From Myxococcota bacterium (lineage in GTDB: Bacteria > Myxococcota > XYA12-FULL-58-9 > JALHOP01): DNA of 37,818 bases. The translations under genes were made by a program, and so were the position numbers. The first letter of the stretch is position 1. The number at the start of each line of letters is the position of its first letter. Under the pieces are notes generated by a model. It worked only from the letters and a program-made list of their open reading frames with translations, was not told the origin of the DNA and did not search any database. The DNA lies in assembly GCA_041288095.1 (NCBI GenBank), contig JBGGMJ010000190.1, positions 1 through 37,818 of the forward strand. The letters are read 5' to 3'. Shown piece by piece: positions 1 to 10,500 of the stretch.

Positions 1-567
1 GCGAAGGACAAACACGTCGTCATCCTCGGTGGTGGCGATACCGGCGTCGACTGCCTGGGCACGGCGCATCGTCAGGGCGCCAAGAGCGTCACACAGCTCG
101 AGCTCCTGCCGCGGCCGCCCGACAAGCGCGCGGCGAACGACCCCTGGCCCAACTGGCCGACCATCTTTCGTAGCTCGGCGGCTCATGAAGAGGGCGGCGA
201 GCGGGGCTTCGCGCTGCAGACGACCGCTGTCCTCGGGAACGGGAAGATCGAAGGCCTTCGCCTTGCCGAGGTCCGCTGGGACGGCGGCAAGCCCGTCGCC
301 GTTGCCGGCAGCGAGCGCGAGATCCCGTGCGACCTCTTACTCATCGCCATCGGCTTCACCGGCGCCGAGAACGCGCCCCTCCTGGAGCAGCTCGGGCTTT
401 CGTTGAGCCCGCGCACCACGGTGCCCGACACCGCCTATGCCACCGCGACTCCCGGGGTTTTCGTCGCCGGCGACATGCGCCGGGGAGCCAGCCTCATCGT
501 TTGGGCGATCGCCGAGGGCCGGGAAGCGGCCCAAGCGGTGCATGCGTTTCTCACGCAACCGACATAG
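1..567 (+). CDS. gltD: Glutamate synthase small subunit, 3' part (truncated by window start)
   Basis: Not in the ORF track. Frame +1 reads AKDKHVVILGGGDTGVDCLGTAHRQGA...PWPNWP...AHEEGG...GVFVAGDMRRGASLIVWAIAEGREAA, all typical GltD motifs. Stop TAG at 565-567. Confidence 0.95.
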   Translation, partial: AKDKHVVILGGGDTGVDCLGTAHRQGAKSVTQLELLPRPPDKRAANDPWPNWPTIFRSSAAHEEGGERGFALQTTAVLGNGKIEGLRLAEVRWDGGKPVAVAGSEREIPCDLLLIAIGFTGAENAPLLEQLGLSLSPRTTVPDTAYATATPGVFVAGDMRRGASLIVWAIAEGREAAQAVHAFLTQPT

Positions 568-611
568 CGCCAGGCCGATAACCAGGGTCGAGCGCGACGA
601 TACTGTGGGGC

Positions 612-1166
612 TTGCACGTGAACCTGGACCCTCTTGATGGTGGGCTTCGCCGAGCGACCGGACTTCCCAGAGGGCCACGCGTCAGCTACGACCACCCCGT
701 ACGCACCCTCTCCGGCAAGCCGGCCAATCTCGCCGACTATCGCGGCCAGGTGATGCTCGTCGTGAACACCGCGAGCGGCTGCGCCTTCACGCCGCAATAC
801 AAGGGTCTCGAAGCGCTCTATCGCCAGCACAAAGACCAGGGCTTTGCGGTCCTCGGGTTCCCGTGCAACCAATTCGGGCACCAAGAGGGCGGCACCAACG
901 CGTCGATCGCGACCTTCTGTGAGATCAACTACGGCGTCACGTTCCCCATGTTCGAGAAGGTCGACGTGAACGGCCCGAAGGCGCACCCGTTCTATGCCCA
1001 GCTCAAGGCGCTGGCGCCCGGGCTCCTTGGCACCGAGGCCGTCAAATGGAACTTCACCAAGTTCCTGGTGGATCGCGAGGGCCGCGTCCTCGCGCGCTAT
1101 GCACCGACCGACACGCCCGAGAGAATCGCCGCCGACGTACGCACGGCCATAGCCCAGCGCGTCTGA
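612..1166 (+). CDS. Glutathione peroxidase (Cys-type, BtuE/Gpx family)
   Basis: Motifs VVNTASGCAFTPQY, LGFPCNQF and KWNFTKFL. Active-site codon is TGC (Cys). Start uncertain: TTG 612 or GTG 618; no ATG near the expected start. Confidence 0.93.
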   Translation: MHVNLDPLDGGLRRATGLPRGPRVSYDHPVRTLSGKPANLADYRGQVMLVVNTASGCAFTPQYKGLEALYRQHKDQGFAVLGFPCNQFGHQEGGTNASIATFCEINYGVTFPMFEKVDVNGPKAHPFYAQLKALAPGLLGTEAVKWNFTKFLVDREGRVLARYAPTDTPERIAADVRTAIAQRV

Positions 1167-1212
1167 CAGCTGACACTTGCGGGGACAGGGCTCGGAGGGG
1201 TAACGCCGCGGG

Positions 1213-2592
1213 ATGCTGACTCTCGCCGCCGTCCTCCTGATCGCCGCACCCTACGACCTCGACGCTCAAGCCAAGGCGTTCCGCGCCAACCTCGAAGCGT
1301 TCGTCAAAGCGGACACCACGAACCCGCCTGGTAACGAGGCGCGCATCGTCAAGCTGGTCGCCGCGCGACTCAAGAAAGAGGGCATTCCCTACACGGTGCA
1401 GGACTTCGCTCCCGGCCGGCAGAACATCATCGCCCGCATGAAGGGCTCGGGGGCCGAAAAACCCTTGCTGCTGCTCGCGCACATCGACGTCGTCGGCACC
1501 GCGAACCAAGCGTGGAGCACCGACCCGCACACGGTCGTCGAGAAAGACGGCTACCTCTACGGCCGCGGCGTCATGGACGACCTCGCGAGCGTGGTGCTCA
1601 ACCTCGAGACGTTCATCGCCCTGAAGCGCAACGGTGTGAAGCTCCGGCGCGATGTCATCCTCGCGCTCACGGGCGACGAGGAGTCGGGCGGCGCCGGCGC
1701 GCGCTATCTGCTCGAGCATGACGCGTCCATGAAAGAGGTCGGCCTCGTGCTCAACGAAGGCGGCGGCTTGGTGCGTGACGTTCCCGGAGGCAAGGCGCGC
1801 TTCGTGGCGCTCGAGGTGGCGCAGAAGACCTACCAGGACTTCGTGCTCACGACCGCCGGCATCACCGGCCACTCGTCGCTGCCGCAGAAGGACAACGCCA
1901 TCAATCGCCTCGCCGATGCCCTCGCGCGTCTCGCCAAGGCGGAGCAAGAGCCGCGGCTCATGCCCGCGACCCGCGCCTTCTTCAAGGAGCGCGCCCGCTT
2001 CGAGGACGGCGAGATGCAGAAGGCCATGAACGCCGTGGCCGCCGCGAAGGACAAGCTGCCGCGCGAGGCCGTGCAGGTGCTCGAGAAGAACCTCTTGTTT
2101 AGCGCGCTATTGCGGACAACGTGCGTCGCCACCATGGTCGAGGGCGGCACCAAAGCGAACGCCTTGCCGCCCAAGGCGAGCGCCAACGTCAACTGCCGCA
2201 TCTTGCCCGACGAGACCATCGAGCAGACGGAAGCCCGCTTGAAGACGATCATCGGCGACCCGCGGGTCGAGGTGACGCGCGCGCCCGAGTTCGGCACCAA
2301 CATCGCGTCTTCGCTCGAGGGTGAGTTTCCGACGGCGCTGAAGGAGCTGCTCGCCGAGAATCATCCCGGCGTGCCGATCATCCCCGCCGTCATGACCGGC
2401 GCTACCGACTCGCGCTTCTTCCGGCAGTACGGCATCCCCGCCTACGGCTTCGTGCCGATGGTCATCGTCGAAGGGGACGAAGCGCGTTGTCACGGGATCG
2501 ACGAGCGCATCGAGGTCGAGTCGATCCGGCCGGCGCTCGAGCTCAACATGAAGATGATGGTGAAGCTCGCGGCGCTCACACCCGGGAGCTGA
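1213..2592 (+). CDS. M20/M25/M40 family metallopeptidase, probably exported
   Basis: Zinc-ligand motifs LLAHIDVV, YGRGVMDD, GDEESGG, NEGG, GHSS, GATDSRFF and HGIDERI; short hydrophobic N-terminus. Confidence 0.92.
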   Translation: MLTLAAVLLIAAPYDLDAQAKAFRANLEAFVKADTTNPPGNEARIVKLVAARLKKEGIPYTVQDFAPGRQNIIARMKGSGAEKPLLLLAHIDVVGTANQAWSTDPHTVVEKDGYLYGRGVMDDLASVVLNLETFIALKRNGVKLRRDVILALTGDEESGGAGARYLLEHDASMKEVGLVLNEGGGLVRDVPGGKARFVALEVAQKTYQDFVLTTAGITGHSSLPQKDNAINRLADALARLAKAEQEPRLMPATRAFFKERARFEDGEMQKAMNAVAAAKDKLPREAVQVLEKNLLFSALLRTTCVATMVEGGTKANALPPKASANVNCRILPDETIEQTEARLKTIIGDPRVEVTRAPEFGTNIASSLEGEFPTALKELLAENHPGVPIIPAVMTGATDSRFFRQYGIPAYGFVPMVIVEGDEARCHGIDERIEVESIRPALELNMKMMVKLAALTPGS

Positions 2593-2985
2593 TCAACCCG
2601 GCAAGAATTCGCTGTACGACACGCGCGCAAGCTCTCGTGGGAGCTCGGCGTGCCGCGTCACCGCTTCGCACAAGACGATGAGCTTTTGGCGCAGGCCCGG
2701 TCGCTTCTCGACGAGCTCGCCGATGCGCGTGGCGAGCGGGTGCGCGACGGCGGTCTTGCTGGTGGCGACCACCAGCACTGGGGCGTCGAGGTTCACCTTG
2801 CTCTTCGGGTCGCGCAGGTCGGCGAATGCCCAGCGCCTATCGGTGGCGACCTGACGCAGCGCCGCGTTGGTCTGCTCGGCGGACGCTCCGGTGAAACCCA
2901 AGATCGCCACAGCTGACATGCCGCCCAGATCTTCGATCAGGCGGGCGGTCGGCGAAACCAGGTCGAGCTCGATGAGCTGCGTCAT
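2593..2985 (-). CDS. Hypothetical 130-aa protein, possibly a degenerate stand-alone AAA+/P-loop domain
   Basis: ATG overlaps the upstream TGA (ATGA, 2982-2985). Element order AVAILGFTGAS / PVLVV / KLIVLCE / ELPRELAR parallels an AAA core. Confidence 0.7.
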   Translation of the reverse strand: MTQLIELDLVSPTARLIEDLGGMSAVAILGFTGASAEQTNAALRQVATDRRWAFADLRDPKSKVNLDAPVLVVATSKTAVAHPLATRIGELVEKRPGLRQKLIVLCEAVTRHAELPRELARVSYSEFLPG

Positions 2986-4577
2986 CCGCCTAGTTGGTAC
3001 ACGCGCGAGGCGGTCGGTGTCACCATGATCGCGACGAGCTGGCCCCGGCGCTGGACGATGCGGGCGCGGCCGGCGACGTAGCTCGAGCTGCCGACATGTT
3101 CCCAGCGGCCGGACAGGCTGTTCAGGTCGAGCTGGAAGACCTCTTTGCTGGGCTTACCGTCGGCGTCGAAGCCGCCGACATAAGTGATCTTCTCCTCGGA
3201 GAGAAACACCTGGCCCATGCCCACTGCCTTGGGTAGCGCGGGCAGCGTGTACCATTTCTCGCCCTGCGCGGTGTCGCACAGGTAGAGCTTGCCGTCGCGC
3301 GCGTTGCCCGGTCCGACGACGAAGACCCGGCGGTCGCTGGCCACCGAAGCGCCGGTCGTGTCCTCGGGCGGGGCGCTGCGCTCGATCCACTTCTGATGCT
3401 GGAGGCGGCGGAAGGCGCGCTCGACGATCGGCATGCGGAAGTCATCGCCCTTCTTCTCTTCGGCGAGCTTGGTCACACCGTCGGTCACGTAGAGGTTGCG
3501 ATCGACGATGGCGATGACCGGCCAAGCCGCGGGCTTCGCCATCTCGGTACCATAGCGCCACTGGTCGGGGGCGAAACCGGTGTGCGCGGCGTTGCTCAAG
3601 GGATACGTGAAGACGGCTGCGCTCGTCTTGCCGTCGGTGTAAGCGCCGCCGTACAGCCGCACCTCGTCGTCGATCACGGCCATGGACACGCCGTTCGGCG
3701 GGAGCTTGTCGGGCGTCGCGATCTCGCGGAAGCACGCGCGTCCGTTGACGCTGTCTTCGATCCACAGGCGCGTCTGGCCGCCTTCGGTGCGCTGGCTCGT
3801 GAGCAGGATGATGCGGTCACGCCACACCGCGACTGAGCACAAGTCGTCGGCGAGACCGGTCGGCGGGCCGGGCGCTTCAGTCGCCTTGAGGCGCGGCGCG
3901 CAGAGGTTACGGAGCAGGCTCGAGAGAGGCTGCGCGCCGGTGCTGCCGGCGCCGAAGTTGAACAAGCCGCCGAGAAACGACTTCTCCACGACCTGGGGCG
4001 TCTGCGCGGTGCGTAAGAGCAGATCGACGACGGACACAGCCTCCTTGGCGAAGGGGCCTTCCTCGACGACATCGCTGCCGCTCATCAGCGTGGCGTCGCG
4101 GTCTTTGACGTAGAGCGTGGCCGGCTGCGGGCGATTTCCGCTATAGAAGACAGAAAGCCACTTGTCGAGCGCCGCGCTGCGCATCTCTTCTTGCTTCCAG
4201 GAGGGGTAGCGCTGGGTGCCCATGTCCGAGAAGGCGGAGGTCGCCTCCCTCAGGTAATCCTGAGTCACGCGGTCGCGTGCGACCGGAGGGAAGACCCAGG
4301 TCTCGCTGGCTCGCGAGCCTCTGCCGACGACGATGGGAAAGAGGTTGTCACCGGCGGCGATCGCGAACACCGTATCGTTGTTGCGGCGACCCATGGCGAG
4401 CCGCTCGGCGGGGCCGGCCGAGACCGCGTCGCACAATGGTCCGATGATCTTCTTGCGGATGGGCTGCAAGAGCTCGTGCGCGTCGCCAGGGGCCGCGGAG
4501 CGCAGCGTATCGACGCTGCGGCGCAGGGACGGGGCTTCGAAGATCGGAAATGGATGAGCGTTGATCATTGTGGTCAC
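2982..4577 (-). CDS. Kelch-repeat beta-propeller protein with an unknown ~230-aa N-terminal domain
   Basis: Kelch-like blades VRLYGG..VFTY..W, LYVTDG, VFVVGPG..W..LP and ITYVGGF..VFQLD..W. GTG start overlaps the giant gene's TGA (GTGA, 4574-4577); alternative ATG at 4568. Confidence 0.8.
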   Translation of the reverse strand: MTTMINAHPFPIFEAPSLRRSVDTLRSAAPGDAHELLQPIRKKIIGPLCDAVSAGPAERLAMGRRNNDTVFAIAAGDNLFPIVVGRGSRASETWVFPPVARDRVTQDYLREATSAFSDMGTQRYPSWKQEEMRSAALDKWLSVFYSGNRPQPATLYVKDRDATLMSGSDVVEEGPFAKEAVSVVDLLLRTAQTPQVVEKSFLGGLFNFGAGSTGAQPLSSLLRNLCAPRLKATEAPGPPTGLADDLCSVAVWRDRIILLTSQRTEGGQTRLWIEDSVNGRACFREIATPDKLPPNGVSMAVIDDEVRLYGGAYTDGKTSAAVFTYPLSNAAHTGFAPDQWRYGTEMAKPAAWPVIAIVDRNLYVTDGVTKLAEEKKGDDFRMPIVERAFRRLQHQKWIERSAPPEDTTGASVASDRRVFVVGPGNARDGKLYLCDTAQGEKWYTLPALPKAVGMGQVFLSEEKITYVGGFDADGKPSKEVFQLDLNSLSGRWEHVGSSSYVAGRARIVQRRGQLVAIMVTPTASRVYQLGG

Positions 4578-7500
4578 TTACCCGGCGACTGGTTGGAGCG
4601 TTCCCAGCAGCGTAGGGCGACGTTCGCGAACTGGTGGACGAATTGCGCGAGGTTGCGCGCGTACAGCGAGTTGTCACCGAACTGCAGTACGCCTTTGCAC
4701 TCGGCGCCGATGCCCGCGGCGACGACGCTGTAACCCTTGGCGACTGCTTTCTGCAGAGTGCTGTGCGCGCCCGGCAGACCTTGGCCGTCGCCGAACGAAA
4801 CGATCTGACCGATGTCGGCTTCGATCATGTCGAGCAGCGCCGCGCCTTCGGCGATGCCGCGCTCGTCGTCGGTGGCGTCGCCTTCGCAGCGGATCTGATG
4901 GAGCAGGTGCGCCTTGAGCTCCTCGTTCCATTCCTGGTCGAAGCCGGCGTGTAGACGCACGCGATCCGAGTAGCCGATGACCGCGATCTTGATGTTTTGA
5001 TCGACCGCCTTGAGCGCATCGCCGTAGGCAATCAGCGCCTCGATGTTGGCGCGCGCCTTGTCGCTGTCGCCCATGCTGGACGACTCGTCGATGGCGAGCA
5101 CCACTTGTGCGCGGATCTCGTCGCTGCCCTTGTTCTTCTTGAAGATGTTCAAGACCGGCATCTTTTGCGCGAGGCCCGACACGTAGAGCGGGATCTGATT
5201 TTCGTCGAGCAGTGGACCGGAGGTCTGCTTGCGCAGGCGCTCCATGCCGCCGGCGCGTGGCAGCGACATGGACACGGCGTCGCGCAGGCGCGAAGCGGTG
5301 CCGTCGCGCTGATGCTTCGCCCAGAGCTCGGCGACTTTTGCCCGGCAAGCGCGGTAGCTCGCGGTCGACGTCGCCTTCTGTTGGGCGAGCTCGAGCTGCT
5401 TGCACACGCCGTCGTAAATGGCGCGCGTGGCGAGCTGATCGACGTCGCGCGCGTCGCCGGTCGAGCCCAAGACTTCGTTCGGCTCGTTGGTGGTCGGGAG
5501 TGCCGCCTCGAGGCGCAGCGATGACGCCATGGGGCCGGGCGAGCCAGCCGCCGACAACGGGGTGTCGAGGATGGCCGTGCCGATGCCCGCGCCCTTCGCT
5601 TCGACGCGTCCGCGGAAGCGGCCTTGGTTGCTGACGAGGCACTTCGTGAGGAGGCTCGCCGCGCCGTCGACCGCGCCGCGGAAGGAGGTCACGTGCATGC
5701 CGAAATCGCCGGCGACCGACTTCAGGTTCTTGGCCTCGCTGAAGCCGAGCATGGCGACGCCGACGCCGTTGGCACGGGCTTGATCGATGAGGGCGCGGAT
5801 CTCGCCGGCGTTGTTCACCTGCGCGTCCGTCATGATGAGGATGAGCTTGTCGTTCGACTTCGATGTGAACTGGCCGAGCGCGGTGTTGATCGCTGGGATG
5901 ATGATGGTGCCGCCGTTGGCGTTGCCGCACACACGGTAGGTCGCGTCCGCCGAGTCCGGCGTCAGCGGCTGGCTCATCGGTTTGTGAACCCAGACCTGGG
6001 CGCCTTCGATGTTGGTGCCGGGGGCATAGCTGCCGACGCCGATGTTGTCGCCGAGGCCCAAGACCGAGCAGCTGCCTTCGCTGCCCAGCAAGGCGCCCAT
6101 GACCATGGCCACGACCGCTTGCTCGTGACGAATGACCTCGCCCTGGGTCGAGCCGGATTGATCGACGACGACCACGACTTCGCAGGGATACTTGCGCAGC
6201 ACCGCGCGCAGGTTGTCGACGAGCCCCTGGTTCTCGGCGCAGAAGCGCTCGAACGCGTTTTTCGGGCGAGTCTCGTCGGGGGAGGCACCCACCAGGCGCT
6301 GGGCGGCGAGGGCGGCCTGCATCTCGTCGACCGTGTTCTGCACCGCGACGTCGCTGAGCTCGATGACCTCGATCTTGCCGCGCCCGTTTGTCGGACCATC
6401 GCCGACCTTGTTCTGCGGCGCGTTGATTTCTCCCGTCGGCGTCTTCGGGTCCGCGAGGGGGGCATTGCCTTCGGGCTCGTCCGCGGGTGGTGCATCGACC
6501 GCTTGGACACCGGTGCCGTCGCCGGCCCCGCCTGCGATGCCTTCCCCGCCGGAGCCGACACCAACGGTTCCGCCGGCGGTGCCCGTGTCGGACTTGCCGC
6601 CGAACAGGGCGGTCAGCCCGCTGCTCGGGGGGCTCGTCTGGTCCTGCGACGGTGCCCAGGTGGCCTGGTGCACGCGACCCATGTTCGTCGTTGCAGCCTG
6701 CGAGGCCTCCGACTTGGGCGCCGAGACCTCGAGGCCGCGAATGTTGCCGCTGAAGTACTTCGACGCGACACTCGCGACTTGCTTGGCGACCGCGCGCGCC
6801 TCGACGTCGAGCAAGCCGAGCATCGCTTCGACCACCGTTTGGGCCTGCTGCAGGGTCGCGACGCTGGGTTTGTTCTTGCCGAGCTTCGCCAAGTACTCGC
6901 GCAGCTTGAGAGCCATGCCCTCGAAGTGATTGCTCGATGCCGCGTCGCCGGCGTAGCGCTCGGCCTCGGCACGGAGCTCGCGGAGCTTGTCGGATGCCTT
7001 CTCGAGCTCGCTACCGAGGCCGGGCACGCTCTGGGCCTTCTGGACCGCGTCCATGAGCGACACGACCGCGGCCGCGACGCGTCCGGAGTAGGGGCCCTTG
7101 GTCATGGCGTTGGCGGCGCCGGCGGCATCGAGGAGCTCGTTGATCAGCGCTGCCGGCGAACCCGAGGTCGAGTCGAACGCGGCGAGCGCGCGCTTGGAAG
7201 CGCCGAGGCGGGCGATCGCCGCTTCGCGGTCCTTCAGATACGGCGCGACGCCGCTGGTGAAATGGTCGGCGACGCGAGCAGCGTCGTCGTTGAAGAGCTC
7301 ACCGTGGAGGGCGCGTAGATGCGATTCGATGTCGCGCCCGGCACTGGCGAGCGGACCCATCAGGTCGGCGACGAACGGCGCGACGCGGTCCGCCGCGACG
7401 TCGATGGCGGCGACCAGTTTGTGGCGTTCGAGCGACGACAGACAAACTTCGTCCACGGCCTCGGCGAGCTTGAGATAGTCGGCGAGCTGGCGGTCGGTCA

Positions 7501-10500
7501 CCTTCGTCTGGATGTCGAGGCGGCCGCCGAGCTCGGTGAACGCGGCGGCGACTTCGGCGAGACAACGCTCCGCGGTAGCGGTCGGCACGTATTGCGCGAG
7601 CTCGTCGCGGAACCCGGCCGCTTTGGTGGACAGCTCGCGGGCGCCCGCTGCTTCGTTGCCGGTAAGGCCCTCGCCGAGCTGGGCGAGACGCGCCGCCATG
7701 CTGTGGAACAAAGCGCGGCGCGAATACGCGGTGATCGCCGCCGAGTCGTTGCCGAGCGCGTCGATGATCTCGGCGAGCCTCGCCAGAGCCATGGCATCTT
7801 GGCCACCGGCGCTCGAGTCTCCCGACTTCGGCGCGAGCTCTTGAACCTCATCGAGCTGCGAACGCGCGCTCATGGCGAAGCGCGTGACCTCGCGCGCCAG
7901 GACGGTGCTGTCGAAGACGAGCTTCAGGTCGCGCCCGGCTTCGACGATCTTCGCGAGCTTGGCGGTCGCGGCCGCCGGGAAGAGCTCCGAAGGCTCGACC
8001 ACCGCCAGCACGCGGGTCAACGCTTCGAGGGCGGCGTCGAGGCTGGTCTGCAGGGCAGGGATGTCGGCGTCGCTGCCGCGGGCGAGCGCGTCGAGGGCAT
8101 CTTTCGCCGTGTTGAAGGTCGCGGAAGCCCGCTGCCAGGTGCTGCCCTGCGTCGCCTTCTCCAAGGCCGCGAGCAAGGTGCGTGCTTCGGTGTGCGATCG
8201 CGACAGGCGGTCGCCCGCGGCGACTGTCCGCTCGAGCACATCGTCCATGGCGCGGCGCACCTGGTCGCGCGTCGAATCGCTCTCGCGCCGGGTAACGTGC
8301 TGCGGCGGCTTCAGACCGACGGTCGACAAATCGAGGAGGCGTAGCTCGGTGTCACGCACCGTCATCACTTGGGCTGGCGCGGGTGAAACGATGCGCGACA
8401 GCGTGGTCGGCCCCATGCCCTTTTCACGGTCGCTCGCGAAGGCCTCGCCGTCGAGGGCGTTGCGGATGCGCTCACCGTGGCTACCGCCGCGACCTGTCCC
8501 CGAGGACAGCATCTCGAATATGGCGTCGACGCCGGCGTCCTGCAGGGTTACCGACTTGGCGGTCGTCTGGGCGCCGAGGAAGGCGCGCTTGAGCTCGATC
8601 ATCTCCTGCTCGAGCTGTTGTAGCTGCGCGTCCGGCTTAGCGGACTTGGCCGCCTCTTGATAGCGTTGCAGAGCCTGGTCGAGCGCCGTGATGCAGGCCC
8701 GAGCCGACTTGTCGCGCAGTGACTGCTGGCGGATGACCTGCGCGGCGCGCATGGTCGCTTCGATGACGTTGGCGAAGCCGTAGGCGACACCCGACTTCGC
8801 GGCGAACCTCGAGGAAAGATCGTCCGCGACTTGGGAGAACGCGGCGACTCGCATCAACAGGTTGCGCGCCGTGGCATCCGGACCCAAGCGCGCGATGGAA
8901 GCTTGCAGCGCGCCGGAGATCTCGACGTTTTCGCGGGCCGCCTGATGGAGCGCGGCGTAGCGCGACGAAGCGAGACCCAGCGTGTCGGAGCTCGCGAGCA
9001 CGTCTTCGATGGCGCCGCAGCTGGCGATATGGCTCTCGAGCGGGCTGATGTCCGGCAGGCCGGCCATGGTGTGGTTGACGCGCTCTTCGATCTTGGCGAG
9101 CGCTTCTTCGACGAGCTTGCAGGCTTCGTCACGGTTCGGCGCTTCGTGCTGGCGCATGTAGAGCGGCATGCCGCCGTCGTCGATCATGCGCCCGAAGCCG
9201 AAGCGGCGGCGCAACCCGTCGCCCCAGGCGCGTGCTTCACCTTCCGCGGTGCGCAAGGCGGTGCGCGCGTCTTCGATGGCCCGCGTCGTGGTCGTGTCCG
9301 CGGCATCTCCGAGCTGAGTCGCGAGGAGTTGGAGATCCTTGCCGAGGGCAATGGCCGCCATCGCGTTGCGGCTGGCGCTGCGCTCGACGGCGCTCTCCAC
9401 GCGTTGCCGATAGGCGGTCTCGTATTCGGCGGCCTTCTTCTTCTCGAGCTCGGCCAAGACCTTGCGCTTGGTCTCGGCGATGCGCGACCCGCTCTCTTGT
9501 TCGAGGCGGCCCAGAGCGTCTTCGTATCTGGCTTGAGCAGCGCTCGACCGCGCCTGCTGAGTCGGCTGCGCAAGGCCGGTGTCACCCAAGGCCAAGTCGT
9601 AATCGGCAAAGAACTTGTCGACCGGCGGGGCCTTGCGATCCATCGTCTCTTGCGCGAGCTCGGCGAACAGTTCGGCGCGCGCTGCTTCGACCTTGTCGCG
9701 CTCTTCGGCTTTAGCTTGCTGCGTTGCCTCGGCCTCGAGCTCGGCCTTGCTGGCCCGGTGGGGTGCGTCGATTTTGAGCGGGCCCGACGGCAGCTGGAGG
9801 AACTCGGCGCGCGAGAGATCGCTCGCGTTCTTCTTCACGCGGCCGAGCGTCGCCAACATCTCCTTGGCGGTGCGGAGGGTCTTCACCTGGCCGAGGTGAC
9901 CCAGGAGCTCGTCGACCACTTCACGGGTGCCACGCTGAGCGTCGGCGACGGCGCGGCGGAGATCAGCGGACTGTTCGGCGATGCGGATGCCTTCGAGCGC
10001 CGAGCCGGCGGCGCGCAGTGCCGACAGCAAGCCGGAGACTTCGTCGCGGGTTGCGCCGCGGTCGTCGTGTGCCTCGCGCAAAGCATCGAGCGCGTTGTGC
10101 AGCTCGGCGAGGTGGCCGCGCAGCTGGTGGTGGTTCTTGAACAGCGGCGTGCCGGTGACCCAGTCCCAGCGCTCGATGACCTTCTCGTAGCGCTCCTGCA
10201 GGACGTTGTCCGTGCCACCGCCGTGCTGGCGGTAGGCCTCGAGGGCGTCCTCGACGGAGTCGCGGACCTGTCGGATCGTGCCTTCGGCGGCGCTTGCTTC
10301 GAAGCGCTCGGTGACCGACGCGAGCTCGCGGCGGGCGGCATCCGCGGCTTCGGAACCGAAACCGGCGCAGAGCGCGAAGGCGTCAGCGTAGCGGCTGATG
10401 ATCTCGCAGCGGTGCTCGAGGTCCCAGAGGCGCGCGCCGCGCATGAACTCGAGCACGTCGCCTTCGAGCGGCTTGCTCGCAAAGCCGCTCTCGTCGATGG

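Noticed and set aside
770..790. Possible selenocysteine glutathione peroxidase
   Set aside because: The active-site codon is TGC and there is no in-frame TGA.
6500..6600. Gly-rich stretch as a VWA8-type pre-vWA motif
   Set aside because: Similarity is only low-complexity Gly/Thr content, insufficient to claim homology.
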